NCBI GenBank assembly: GCA_019058365.1
Contig: JAHPZE010000004.1
Location: 192,001-256,000, forward strand
Length of the DNA: 64,000 nucleotides
Direction: 5' to 3'
Source of the DNA: Promethearchaeota archaeon
Lineage (GTDB): Archaea > Asgardarchaeota > Lokiarchaeia > Sigyniarchaeales > SOKP01
Shown: positions 20,478 through 30,029 of the stretch, piece after piece
Layout: the number at the start of each line of letters is the position of its first letter
How positions within the stretch are numbered: position 1 is the stretch's first letter
Notes under the pieces: model-generated
The model's database searches: none
Told to the model about the DNA's origin: nothing
What the model saw: only the letters and a program-made list of their open reading frames with translations
Made by a program: the position numbers and the translations under genes

Positions 20478-20590
20478 ATTTAATCACTTAATATAATATA
20501 TAAATTTGAATAATTAGTTAAACAATACATTTTTTATAAAAACCTACTCCCTAGTGATAAATTGTATTTGTTGAATTTTCCCGTTTTTAA

Positions 20591-20698
20591 CTAATCTTTA
20601 GGTATAGCCTTATCTGTTGGGATTTCTATATAAGGGCATTGTATAAGGCAAGTTCTAGATCGCCCACAAGGTTCTTCAATAAACTTCACGAAAACCAC
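20591..20698 (-). pseudogene. Possible remnant of an Fe-S protein N-terminus
   Basis: Reads VVFVKFIEEPCGRSRTCLIQCPYIEIPTDKAIPKD*, a CxxCxxCxxxCP motif with the second Cys replaced by Ser. Confidence 0.35.
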
Positions 20699-20880
20699 TA
20701 TTATAATAAACTTCTATTATTTTTAGTAGTTTGAAATTAAAACGAAGAAAGATTTATTCTACTTAAATGTTAGAAAATGCAAACATAATATAATAAATAT
20801 TTCTACTTGACAATTACATTAAGCAAAACATTTTTAAAAATAGTAAATATTTAAATTCACTTTATATTCCAATATTAATC

Positions 20881-21801
20881 GTGATAGAAATGAGAAATAT
20901 CGTAGATAATGTTTATATAGTTAATCCATATGATCCTAATGGTTCAGGGTGCTGTGTTTACATGGTCGACACCAAAAGTGATGAAGGTTTAGTCTTGATT
21001 GATGCAGGAATGGAAATTGAATTACTACGGGTTATAGAGGAAGATGGATTTGATCTAAAAGATATTAAACACTGTCTTATAACACACGGGCATATAGACC
21101 ATTACGGTGTCTGTAATAAACTTAAAGAATTTAACAAAGATATCAAATTTTACGCGCATGACCTAGATGCTGAAGATAATGAGTTAAAGATAAGAGATCC
21201 TAGTACTGCTCAAATGTATGCAGATTATAAATATGAACCTATTAAAATTAATAGAATTATAAAAAATGATAACGAGATTTTGAAATTTGGGAATTATGAG
21301 TTTAAATGTATTCACATTCCTGGACACACTCCCGGATCTGTAGCATATCTTTTAGAAACAAGTGGTAAAAAGATTCTCTTTGGTGGAGATCTGCTGGGAA
21401 TAGCTATTAATTTTCAAGGAGGGAATTTAGACGCTTATCTCAAATCAATGCAAAAATTAATTGAGTTAAAAATCGATATATCGTGTGAAGGGCATGAAGA
21501 TCTTATAGAACCGGCAGAAAAAGTGTTGAAATTTATTAAAGGGTATATGGAGCTTAATAAAAATCTTAATACTGTTGTATTAGAAAACCCATCCGATACT
21601 AAAGCTTTATTTGAGTTGGCATTTATATCTTATGAGCTTGAGTTTTATGAAATGACATTAGATTTTTGTAATTACTTGTTAGAAATTCAACCTGAAAATG
21701 AAAAAGCTCAAAAACTACTTAAAGAAACCAAGAAACATAATCCTACAAAATTTGAATGGATAAAAAACTTCATAAACCGAGCTTCTGGATCAGTAAATTA
21801 A
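20881..21801 (+). CDS. Metallo-beta-lactamase fold hydrolase with C-terminal TPR-like repeat
   Basis: THGHIDH, PGHTPGS, GGD, EGH; C-terminal NPSDTKALFELA..LLEIQPENEKA. Confidence 0.82.
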   Translation: MIEMRNIVDNVYIVNPYDPNGSGCCVYMVDTKSDEGLVLIDAGMEIELLRVIEEDGFDLKDIKHCLITHGHIDHYGVCNKLKEFNKDIKFYAHDLDAEDNELKIRDPSTAQMYADYKYEPIKINRIIKNDNEILKFGNYEFKCIHIPGHTPGSVAYLLETSGKKILFGGDLLGIAINFQGGNLDAYLKSMQKLIELKIDISCEGHEDLIEPAEKVLKFIKGYMELNKNLNTVVLENPSDTKALFELAFISYELEFYEMTLDFCNYLLEIQPENEKAQKLLKETKKHNPTKFEWIKNFINRASGSVN

Positions 21802-21804
21802 GAG

Positions 21805-22404
21805 TTAATTTATAGCTGAAACTAATCTATGTTTACAAAATTTCCTTAGTATCAATCTCAGTACATCTTCAAAACATTCAAGTATTCCCTCTCCACTAAC
21901 CGCAATCGTATATTTTGATTCCACGTTCTTAAATTTGTGAAAATCAATTTCTTTTAAGAAAACTCTAGGACTGAATTTCTCTGGTAAATCTTGTTTGTTA
22001 AATGCAATTATTATTGGAATATCATCAATAGAATCTCCAAAATATGACATAAGTTCATTCCAAGAAATAAGATTACGTTCATACACATCTTCTTGAGAAT
22101 CTAACACAAGAATGATTCCATCAACTGCTCGTAAGGTGATCGGTCTGGTAATCAAATAGAAATCCTGACCAGTTGTAGTATAAATATGAAGTTTCAATCT
22201 CCATTCTTCATTTTGAAATGCAACTGTTCCATAATCAAAAAATAAGGTTCTTTTTACTGTACTTTCGATACTCTGTAACGCTTCATCCTTACCAAAGTGA
22301 GAAAATAATGCTTTAATAGAAGTAGTTTTACCTGAATAAGCAGGTCCAAAATACACGATTTTTATACTGATTGTCTTGTCACAGTGATCAATAATCATGA
22401 ACAT
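21805..22404 (-). CDS. MglA-like small GTPase
   Basis: IKIVYFGPAYSGKTT, RTLFFD, YTTTGQDFY, NKQDL. Confidence 0.85.
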   Translation of the reverse strand: MFMIIDHCDKTISIKIVYFGPAYSGKTTSIKALFSHFGKDEALQSIESTVKRTLFFDYGTVAFQNEEWRLKLHIYTTTGQDFYLITRPITLRAVDGIILVLDSQEDVYERNLISWNELMSYFGDSIDDIPIIIAFNKQDLPEKFSPRVFLKEIDFHKFKNVESKYTIAVSGEGILECFEDVLRLILRKFCKHRLVSAIN

Positions 22405-22475
22405 ACTTCTAAAATTACATTTTTAAAAGCCAATTTTTTAAAGAGATTGTATAAATAAAAAAATAAAAAAGTCAC

Positions 22476-22509
22476 TTGATAAAATCAAATATTTAGTTGA
22501 CTCTGTCAA
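22476..22509. promoter_or_regulatory. Two tandem palindromic operators upstream of the MarR-GNAT gene
   Basis: TTGAT-AAA-ATCAA (22476-22488) and TTGAC-TCT-GTCAA (22497-22509), 21 bp apart. Confidence 0.6.
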
Positions 22510-22545
22510 GATTTAAATTAGTTAAATCATATTATAATATGAAGA

Positions 22546-23472
22546 ATGTTGAAAAAAAACCTTGATAGAATAGGAGGAATACGAAGCTTTAATCGTTTCT
22601 ACACTAATTTACTAGGACTTTTAGACAGCACCCTATTGAAGAGCAGTTATTCTTTAACTGAAGTGAGAATAATGTTCGAACTTAACCGTCTTTCAACATT
22701 AAGTGCGAGTGAACTTGCCAACCTACTTAATCTGGATCCTGCTTACCTTAGTCGAATATTAAGTAGTTTTGAACAGAAAAAATTAATTCAAAAAGAACAA
22801 TCAAGAGAGGATTTACGGAAGTATCTAATTTCGTTGACAAGTAAGGGAAAACAGGTGATTTCAGATCTTCAGGAAAAGGCAAATGGACAAATTAAAATAC
22901 TCCTTACCAATATAACCGATATAGATCAAATTCGACTCGTAACCGCGATGAAAACAATTGAAAATATATTAAAACATGAAAAAGAGAAATCACAATTTTA
23001 CAGTTTACGTTCTCATAAATCTGGTGACATTGGCTATATTATATATAGACATGGAGAGGTCTATGCTAATGAATATCAACTGGATGAAACTTTTGAAGCT
23101 TACGTGGCTAAATACATGGCTGAATTTATTGAAAACTATGATATCACTAAAGATCATCTTTGGATTGTAGAGAAGGGTACTGAAATAATTGGTTCAATTG
23201 CCATTGTGAATGTGGACGAAAAAGTAGCACAATTACGTTGGCTTCTTGTCGAACCTCATGAACGAAATAAAGGGGTTGGCAATAAATTGATACATGAAGC
23301 TCTTACTTTTTGTAAGAATCGGAGTTATCAGAAAGTTGTTTTAGGGACATTTAGTGACCTAATAATAGCTCGGAAGTTATATATAAAGAATGGATTTCGA
23401 CTAGTTGAATCTAAAAGTCATCATATTTGGGGACAAGATTTAACCGAAGAGCAATGGGAATTAATTTTGTAA
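22546..23472 (+). CDS. Bifunctional MarR HTH / GNAT acetyltransferase
   Basis: IRSFNRFYT, SLTEVRIMFEL, LDPAYLSRIL; GNAT AQLRWLLVEPHERNKGVG, LYIKNGF. Confidence 0.9.
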   Translation: MLKKNLDRIGGIRSFNRFYTNLLGLLDSTLLKSSYSLTEVRIMFELNRLSTLSASELANLLNLDPAYLSRILSSFEQKKLIQKEQSREDLRKYLISLTSKGKQVISDLQEKANGQIKILLTNITDIDQIRLVTAMKTIENILKHEKEKSQFYSLRSHKSGDIGYIIYRHGEVYANEYQLDETFEAYVAKYMAEFIENYDITKDHLWIVEKGTEIIGSIAIVNVDEKVAQLRWLLVEPHERNKGVGNKLIHEALTFCKNRSYQKVVLGTFSDLIIARKLYIKNGFRLVESKSHHIWGQDLTEEQWELIL

Positions 23473-23527
23473 TGGGTAATAATTTGTTTATCCATCTTCA
23501 AAGAAAAATAAAAGACCTAATGAGATA

Positions 23528-23992
23528 TTAATTATCTAATAATTCAATGCCACAAAATTCACAAAATCTTTGGTTCTCGTAAAGAATAACCCTACCACAA
23601 TTATTACATTTACTTAATTCTTCTTTTGGGTGCATTTCTCTATAAAATTGTAATTTTAAATTATTCATTAACCTTGCAAGCATCATCAGATATTTCTTAT
23701 CCATACCTATGGGAGGAATTCCAATGTAACCTTTTTTCAAAAGAACATGTAATTCTGTACTGTTCTCTTTATCATGCAAATTAATTGAAATTTTAACGGG
23801 TAAAATTGAAGGCTCAGCACGAATACCCCTTGTATGAGCTTTTAGCCTAGAGCCATACATCCCCGTTATTATCTTGTTATTCATTTTTTTTATCTTTATT
23901 CGATGTTGGTTAACAAAATCCATAATTCTTTGATAAATTTCATTTTTAGGAAGATCTGTATTTATATTATCCTTCAATTCTAATTTTTTCAT
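23528..23992 (-). CDS. Hypothetical protein with C-terminal zinc ribbon
   Basis: CNNCG...FCEFCG; ATG with upstream AGGAG. Confidence 0.7.
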   Translation of the reverse strand: MKKLELKDNINTDLPKNEIYQRIMDFVNQHRIKIKKMNNKIITGMYGSRLKAHTRGIRAEPSILPVKISINLHDKENSTELHVLLKKGYIGIPPIGMDKKYLMMLARLMNNLKLQFYREMHPKEELSKCNNCGRVILYENQRFCEFCGIELLDN

Positions 23993-24235
23993 TTCAAAAA
24001 CTCCTTATTTGTCTTATATCTACATTAAATAAGAAGTATAAATTATTATTAATTAATTAAATGGAGTCCAGTTATTAATTAGAGCCTTTATTTCTATATA
24101 AATGAACTTAGGGATTAAATATAAACTAATATAATTTAAATATTAACAATCAAGGGTAGAGTATATATCATCTGTTATTTAGAACTTAAATATTCTAAAT
24201 AAAATACAAGCTGGAACCTATAGAAAAAGATTAAA

Positions 24236-25396
24236 ATGATTGAAGAAGCCCGAATTAAAAAAAATCTTAAAAAATTTGCTTTTCCTCGATTATCTGGAAC
24301 TAAATTTGAACTTGAAGCATTTAATAAAATAATAGAAGAAATTGAAAACCTTAATTTGCAATTTGAAGTCCAAGGTTTTACTTTCAGTTCGTTTTATTCG
24401 AGAATATATCCTAAAATCACATTTTTATCCGTTTCGCTAATATTATTACTCCTTTATTTGAATATATCTATGATTTACTCTACGATTATAATCCTCACAT
24501 TATTTGGAATTGTGATTACATCGATAATTTTTACAAGAAAACCAGAAAAAATTCAAATCATACCAAGATTCAATTCACAAAACCTTTTAGTAAAAATTAA
24601 ACCTTTATCAAATGAAATAAAGAATAAGGAAAGAATTGCATTGTTCATGAGTCATGTGGATTCTAAAGGACAAAGATTCAAGGTTGGATTTCGGATAAAA
24701 ATAGTTAAGTTTTGGATTGCTTCATCAATTATTCTAATATTCATTGTAATTCTTAAAAACTTGATAATTATAGGATTTGAGCTAATATTTTATATTATCG
24801 GGCTATTTCCTTTAATATTTAATATATTTTCTTCGATTTTGATGCTTCTTAACACTACAGACAACAGTTCTAATGGTGCAATTGATAATGCTTCTGGTAT
24901 AGCATGCAACTTAGAACTGGTAAACTATTATTGTATTCCTGAAAACAGATTACAAAACTATCATATATGGTTTCTTTTTACAGGAGCTGAGGAATGCGGA
25001 ACAATGGGTATTAGACATTTTTATAATAATTTAGAAAATTTCGATCCCAACAAATCGCTAATATTTAATTTTGAATCCATAGCTAAGTACGTGTTTCTAT
25101 GGCTTGGAGAAAATGAAGGAGATCATGCGAAAGATATTGATCATAAACTTTTGAATAACAAAAGAAATCTTCCCATTAGTCATTACCCTGCAGAAAGGGT
25201 TCTAGGTACTCATTCCGACGGAGGTTTTTTAGGAGATAGGGGTCTTCAAGGATTTGGAATTGGTGGCGTGGAATCATATGCTTATATGCATACTCCTAAT
25301 GATACAATTGACAAAATTAATGTAAAAATTTTAGAGAAATTATGTTTGGTTCTTACTGATTCTTTAAAAGAGCACGATGCCAATCTTAATGTTTAA
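24236..25396 (+). CDS. Membrane-embedded M28 family metallopeptidase
   Basis: SHVDS, GAIDNASG, TGAEECG, SD, MHTPND; four hydrophobic segments. Confidence 0.85.
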   Translation: MIEEARIKKNLKKFAFPRLSGTKFELEAFNKIIEEIENLNLQFEVQGFTFSSFYSRIYPKITFLSVSLILLLLYLNISMIYSTIIILTLFGIVITSIIFTRKPEKIQIIPRFNSQNLLVKIKPLSNEIKNKERIALFMSHVDSKGQRFKVGFRIKIVKFWIASSIILIFIVILKNLIIIGFELIFYIIGLFPLIFNIFSSILMLLNTTDNSSNGAIDNASGIACNLELVNYYCIPENRLQNYHIWFLFTGAEECGTMGIRHFYNNLENFDPNKSLIFNFESIAKYVFLWLGENEGDHAKDIDHKLLNNKRNLPISHYPAERVLGTHSDGGFLGDRGLQGFGIGGVESYAYMHTPNDTIDKINVKILEKLCLVLTDSLKEHDANLNV

Positions 25397-25605
25397 ATTT
25401 AAACTGTTTGTTTATCAATTTTTATTGTATTAAGTATTAATTTAAGTTTATAAATTATTTAATCACTGTTGTTAAATTGAAGTAATATAAATTCTAAAAT
25501 ATCCTACTAACTATTTTAACATCCTAATAAGTAACTAAAAGAAATAAAATCGAAATTTACTTATTTATTTTTAAAAATATATAATAAAAATTATAATTAG
25601 ACTAA

Positions 25606-26055
25606 ATGTTATCGAAAGGTTTTGACTCAAAAGAATTAGAAGAGATAAAGTCAATTAAAATAGGTAAATGGGATATAATCTCTGAATATCATCGTATTGA
25701 CTGGCTCAAAGCTGGACATAATGAAGAAGAGGCAAAGATTCATGGTATTGTTATTGCTATTGTTGGATATCAAGCACGCTTAGGAAAAGAACCTCAAAAA
25801 TATAAATTAGAACAAAAAGGAAAGGAAAAGGGTGTATCTATAACCCATAGAAAGCAAGAGAAATGGATAACAACTAAGGAATTTAATAAAATTATTAATA
25901 AGATTGGTAATAAATATTATAAAAAAGTTTTTTCTCCCGCAATAGAAAATTTATATAATAAAGATTACTCTTATGATGAAGTAAAGAAAGCAGTTGAAAT
26001 CCCCTCAAAAATAGGAGCGAAAATAACTCTAGATAAATTTTTACCTTTTCTATAA
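25606..26055 (+). CDS. Hypothetical protein
   Basis: 149-aa ATG ORF with genome-typical composition; no motif recognised. Confidence 0.6.
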   Translation: MLSKGFDSKELEEIKSIKIGKWDIISEYHRIDWLKAGHNEEEAKIHGIVIAIVGYQARLGKEPQKYKLEQKGKEKGVSITHRKQEKWITTKEFNKIINKIGNKYYKKVFSPAIENLYNKDYSYDEVKKAVEIPSKIGAKITLDKFLPFL

Positions 26056-26216
26056 TTAGAAAAAAATTAGGAAATATATAATCATAAATATAATTAGCAT
26101 TAAAACTGCTTTCTTCCATGAATACAGAAAAATAAAAAAAGACTCTCCATATAAAATTATATGAATTAATCCCAAAAGTCTTGGGTGAATATATGTAAAA
26201 TATTTAGTGATAAAAA

Positions 26217-26558
26217 CTATAATAAATTCTTAATTTTTCGGGCTAATTCCTGAGCATCTGCTTCAGAACTCTCAAGAATCTTGAACATCTCCCCACGATT
26301 AACTATCATACCAGCATCAAGCAACTTCTGAAGTCCAATCACAGTGTTAATGCGCTCATTCTTCTGTAGATGAAAAATCACCATCCCCAATTGATTTTTG
26401 AGCTTCCCTTTCTCTGATTCTAACGCCAAACGCAATAATGCAGGACAGACCTCTTCTATCGTCTCACGATTTACCCTTTTCGCGTATTCATACATTTGTA
26501 CCCGTTGGTCATCTGTGAGCCCAACAACTTTCTCTTCTATTTTTGATAATGGTTCCAT
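26217..26558 (-). CDS. Hypothetical helical protein
   Basis: 113-aa ATG ORF with upstream AGGAAGTGA; no motif recognised. Confidence 0.65.
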   Translation of the reverse strand: MEPLSKIEEKVVGLTDDQRVQMYEYAKRVNRETIEEVCPALLRLALESEKGKLKNQLGMVIFHLQKNERINTVIGLQKLLDAGMIVNRGEMFKILESSEADAQELARKIKNLL

Positions 26559-27028
26559 TTTTCGTTATCACTTCCTAACATTTTTGATTTTTTTATTTTT
26601 ATTTTTAATATTTTTTGACTAATCATTATACTATCACTCTCATATTTAAATGTTTTCAGTCATAATCCTCGATAAAAAGTGCGAAATCCGTCAGAATAAA
26701 ACATTTAGTATTTTTAAAATATACAAAATGACGAAAAAATGATCATATACTCTAGTGGGATCTTTTTGGGACGTTATGAATTTTTCATATTTTTTATCGA
26801 GAATATAAGAAACAATTTCGGAATGTGATTGACCGGAAAAAGTAAAATATATTGAACAAAGTAACCTTTCAGTCATTCAACGACAAAAAGATGATCAACA
26901 TTCGACATTCGTTCTTGATTCATTGATAAAATCAATCACAATCAACACTTTCCGTAACTAAAAACCAGCATTATAATGCAAAACATTTTTTTCATATCCT
27001 TAAAATTTGTGATTGTATTCATAAATTC

Positions 27029-27098
27029 TGATCGATTTGATGTAAAAGGTTGATCGTACTATCGCAACATTATGATCGAAAAGCGACACATTTATATA
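27029..27098 (+). promoter_or_regulatory. Three TGATCG boxes at exact 22-bp spacing followed by a TATA box
   Basis: TGATCG at 27029, 27051 and 27073; TTTATATA at 27091-27098. Confidence 0.5.
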
Positions 27099-27150
27099 TC
27101 GAAATTTATTATCAATAATTGTAAAACAAATAAATGATTGAGGGAACAAA

Positions 27151-27420
27151 ATGGGACATATAGAAAAAGAAGAAAAATTGGATGATATAATGGTCTATTA
27201 TAAAAACATTCGAGAAGCAATTGCTGGGTTGACTGATATAGTTGCGATTAATTTTAATAATAAGGATTTCTATCATCAAGCAGCGATGGATAATTTGAAA
27301 GCCTTACATGATAATGTGTTGGAAGTATTAAAAGCTTCTTTTACTCCTCGTGAGATTCGCATACGTTTACGAGAGCTCGAATTTGACGAGAAGGAAGCCG
27401 AGAAAGTGTTTCCTTTATAA
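27151..27420 (+). CDS. Small hypothetical helical protein
   Basis: 89-aa ATG ORF with GAGGG RBS and upstream TATA box. Confidence 0.7.
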   Translation: MGHIEKEEKLDDIMVYYKNIREAIAGLTDIVAINFNNKDFYHQAAMDNLKALHDNVLEVLKASFTPREIRIRLRELEFDEKEAEKVFPL

Positions 27421-27748
27421 TATTTATAGATTTTATTTTTAGTTTATCTTTTGAATTATGTTCTAGTTTTCCCTATCAATATTCATTATCACAACTTGGA
27501 CATTTCGACATAAAAGTTATTAAATAGTTCAAACATACAAAAATTCTTCTAGATTCCTATTATTTTTATTCCTTAGAGATTGCGTATAATTTTTCAAAGT
27601 CTCCCGATTATCTGAGTAATTTCTTTATTCCATGTAAATATTTATATACACAAAATTTTACTTTTACCATGAAATGAAAGTTTATAGCAATAAATTCAAA
27701 TTTTTTAACATTTCTAATCATTAAAGGTGATGATAAATTTCAGGTGAG

Positions 27749-28195
27749 TTGACTCGAATTAGAAGAGAATATACTAAGTGGGATTTAGGGTTTGCAGTAT
27801 TTTCTATTACTCTTAGTATAATAGACTTCATTTTTATCATGGTAGGGATAATTTATAATGATTTATTATATCAAATTTTATCATACATTTTGACATTTGT
27901 GATTTCTTTGTTAGTTTATCTCTTTATTAAAGGAAAAATTTCTTTCAAGAAAAAAACCGAAGATTATTACACAACTTCTAAGAAAGAGATCTTCAATTTT
28001 TTAAAGATAAATGCTAAGAATTCGTATACTGCTAATGCGCTACTAAAGAATGTAAATGAAAAAATAAATCCCTCTTCTTTTAAAAGGTATATAAAGAAAA
28101 AATATGAATTGATTCTATCAGAATTGATTGCAGATCAACAAATTCAGTTAATTCAAAAGAATGGGCAAGATTATTATTCATTTCCAAGTGAATAA
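27749..28195 (+). CDS. Hypothetical membrane protein (2 TM) with C-terminal winged-helix-like domain
   Basis: Two hydrophobic helices, then EIFNFLK..YTANAL..ILSELIADQQIQLIQKNGQDYY. Confidence 0.6.
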   Translation: MTRIRREYTKWDLGFAVFSITLSIIDFIFIMVGIIYNDLLYQILSYILTFVISLLVYLFIKGKISFKKKTEDYYTTSKKEIFNFLKINAKNSYTANALLKNVNEKINPSSFKRYIKKKYELILSELIADQQIQLIQKNGQDYYSFPSE

Positions 28196-28392
28196 TAATG
28201 AATTCTGCACTAATTAGAGTTTGAGGAGAATAAGGTTAAGTTAGTCTTCCTCTCTAATTTTACTAATTTTTATTTTTAATATTTTTCTTTTCGAAATGTA
28301 ACATTTTATAACTCAAAATAATAAATATCTTGATTAATTTCAATACTTAAGATTAAAAAATACCTTTTAAAAAAAGAAAATTTGTGAAAAAA

Positions 28393-29064
28393 ATGGTTGT
28401 TATAACAACTAAAAAGCCTGTAGAGGAAGTTCTTAATGTCCTGAAAGATAATAATGCTAAAAAGTTGTTTATTGTAAGTTGTGGGGTTTGTTCAGCATTA
28501 TGTCAAACAGGTGGTGAACAAGGCTTAGAGGAATGGAAAGAAATCTTAGAGAAAGAAGGATATGAGATAGTTAATGGCATGGTTGTAGATGATGTCTGTG
28601 ATAATAGAGAAATGGCTAAAGTTGTACGCAAAAATGATGCGGATGTTCAAGAAGCTGATTCTATTGTCACCTTAAGTTGTGGACTTGGAGTTCAATCTAC
28701 AGTTCAGGTGCTTTCTAAGAAATATCCTGAAAAGCAAGTGTTTGTTACAAATAATACAGAATTTATGGGTATGACAGAGAGAATCGGCAGATTTTATATG
28801 CGATGTCGAGGATGTGGTGATTGTCTATTAAATGAAACAGGTGGTATTTGTCCCATTACCACATGTGCAAAATCGCTTATGAATGGACCATGTGGAGGAA
28901 TGGTTAAAGGCAAATGTGAGGTTGGTAATTACGAGAAAGATTGTGGCTGGGTATTAATTTATAATCGATTGAAAGAGATAGGGAGATTAGATTTATTTTC
29001 CAAATTGAGAGATCCCGTAGATTGGAGTGAATCTGGACACCAACGTGAAGTAGTATGGAGGTAG
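28393..29064 (+). CDS. metV: MetV paralog (second copy)
   Basis: SCGVCSALC, LSCGLGVQ, CRGCGDCLLNETGGICPITTCAKSLMNGPCGG; ATG 28393 preferred over GTG 28384. Confidence 0.87.
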   Translation: MVVITTKKPVEEVLNVLKDNNAKKLFIVSCGVCSALCQTGGEQGLEEWKEILEKEGYEIVNGMVVDDVCDNREMAKVVRKNDADVQEADSIVTLSCGLGVQSTVQVLSKKYPEKQVFVTNNTEFMGMTERIGRFYMRCRGCGDCLLNETGGICPITTCAKSLMNGPCGGMVKGKCEVGNYEKDCGWVLIYNRLKEIGRLDLFSKLRDPVDWSESGHQREVVWR

Positions 29065-29071
29065 AATCAAA

Positions 29072-30004
29072 ATGGCAGAAAAAAAAGTATTTTCTAAATT
29101 AGGTGAAAAGTTAGCAAATGGGGAATTTATACTAACAGGCGAGCTAGAGCCTGAAAAAACTTGTGATCTTTCACATACAATCCAAGAAGCTAAAGAAATG
29201 GCTCCATACGTTGTTGCTGCCAATGTTACTGATAGTCCACTTGGAATAGTAACAATTAATAGTATGGCTGCCTCTCATATTATTCAAAAAGAAGCTGAGT
29301 TGGAAGTGATTTGGCAACTTACAGTAAGAGACGTGAATAAATTAGGTATAGCTGGAATGATAATGGGGGGTCATGCATTAGGATTGAGAAATGTTTTATC
29401 TCTTACTGGGGATCATCCTGCCCTTGGAGATATGCCTGAATCTAAACCTGTATTTGATCTTGATTCAGCGACTCTAGTTAAATTAATACGAGAGATGGTT
29501 GATAAGGGAAAAATAAATGGTCATGAAATTGAACATCCTCCAACTCTTCATGTAGGAGCCGCTGCAAATCCAAACGCAGATCCTATGGGAGCTGAGATTT
29601 TAAAAATTGGAAGAAAAGCCGAAGCAGGCTGTGAATTTATACAAACTCAAGTTGTTTACGATTTGGACAGAACTATTGAATTTTTAAGTGAGATCAAAAA
29701 GTATAACGTTCCAGTTTTACTTGGAATTTTTCCAATGAAAAGCTATGGTATTGCCAAGGGTTTTGATACTTTTGTTCCTGGAGTTGATGTTCCAAAGGAC
29801 ATTTTAGCCAAATGGAAAAACATCAAAACAGAGTTTAAGGATGATAAAAAGGAACAGAATAGATTATATGATCAGGCTAATTATGAGTTTTTCAAGCCCT
29901 TTATTTCCGAACTAAAGAGAAAGGGTTTATTAGCGGGCGTACATTGCATGGCTGTTCATTATCCCCGAATCTTTCCTAAATTGATGGAAGTAATTCAAGC
30001 TTAA
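29072..30004 (+). CDS. metF: MetF paralog (second copy)
   Basis: LTGELEP, NVTD, LTVRD, LTGDH, PVFDLDS, FIQTQ, GVHCM. Confidence 0.9.
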   Translation: MAEKKVFSKLGEKLANGEFILTGELEPEKTCDLSHTIQEAKEMAPYVVAANVTDSPLGIVTINSMAASHIIQKEAELEVIWQLTVRDVNKLGIAGMIMGGHALGLRNVLSLTGDHPALGDMPESKPVFDLDSATLVKLIREMVDKGKINGHEIEHPPTLHVGAAANPNADPMGAEILKIGRKAEAGCEFIQTQVVYDLDRTIEFLSEIKKYNVPVLLGIFPMKSYGIAKGFDTFVPGVDVPKDILAKWKNIKTEFKDDKKEQNRLYDQANYEFFKPFISELKRKGLLAGVHCMAVHYPRIFPKLMEVIQA

Positions 30005-30029
30005 ATTTAATTTCTTTTTATTTTTTTTA

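Noticed and set aside
26691-26876. 61-aa ORF in the intergenic region
   Set aside because: No motif or RBS; the region looks regulatory
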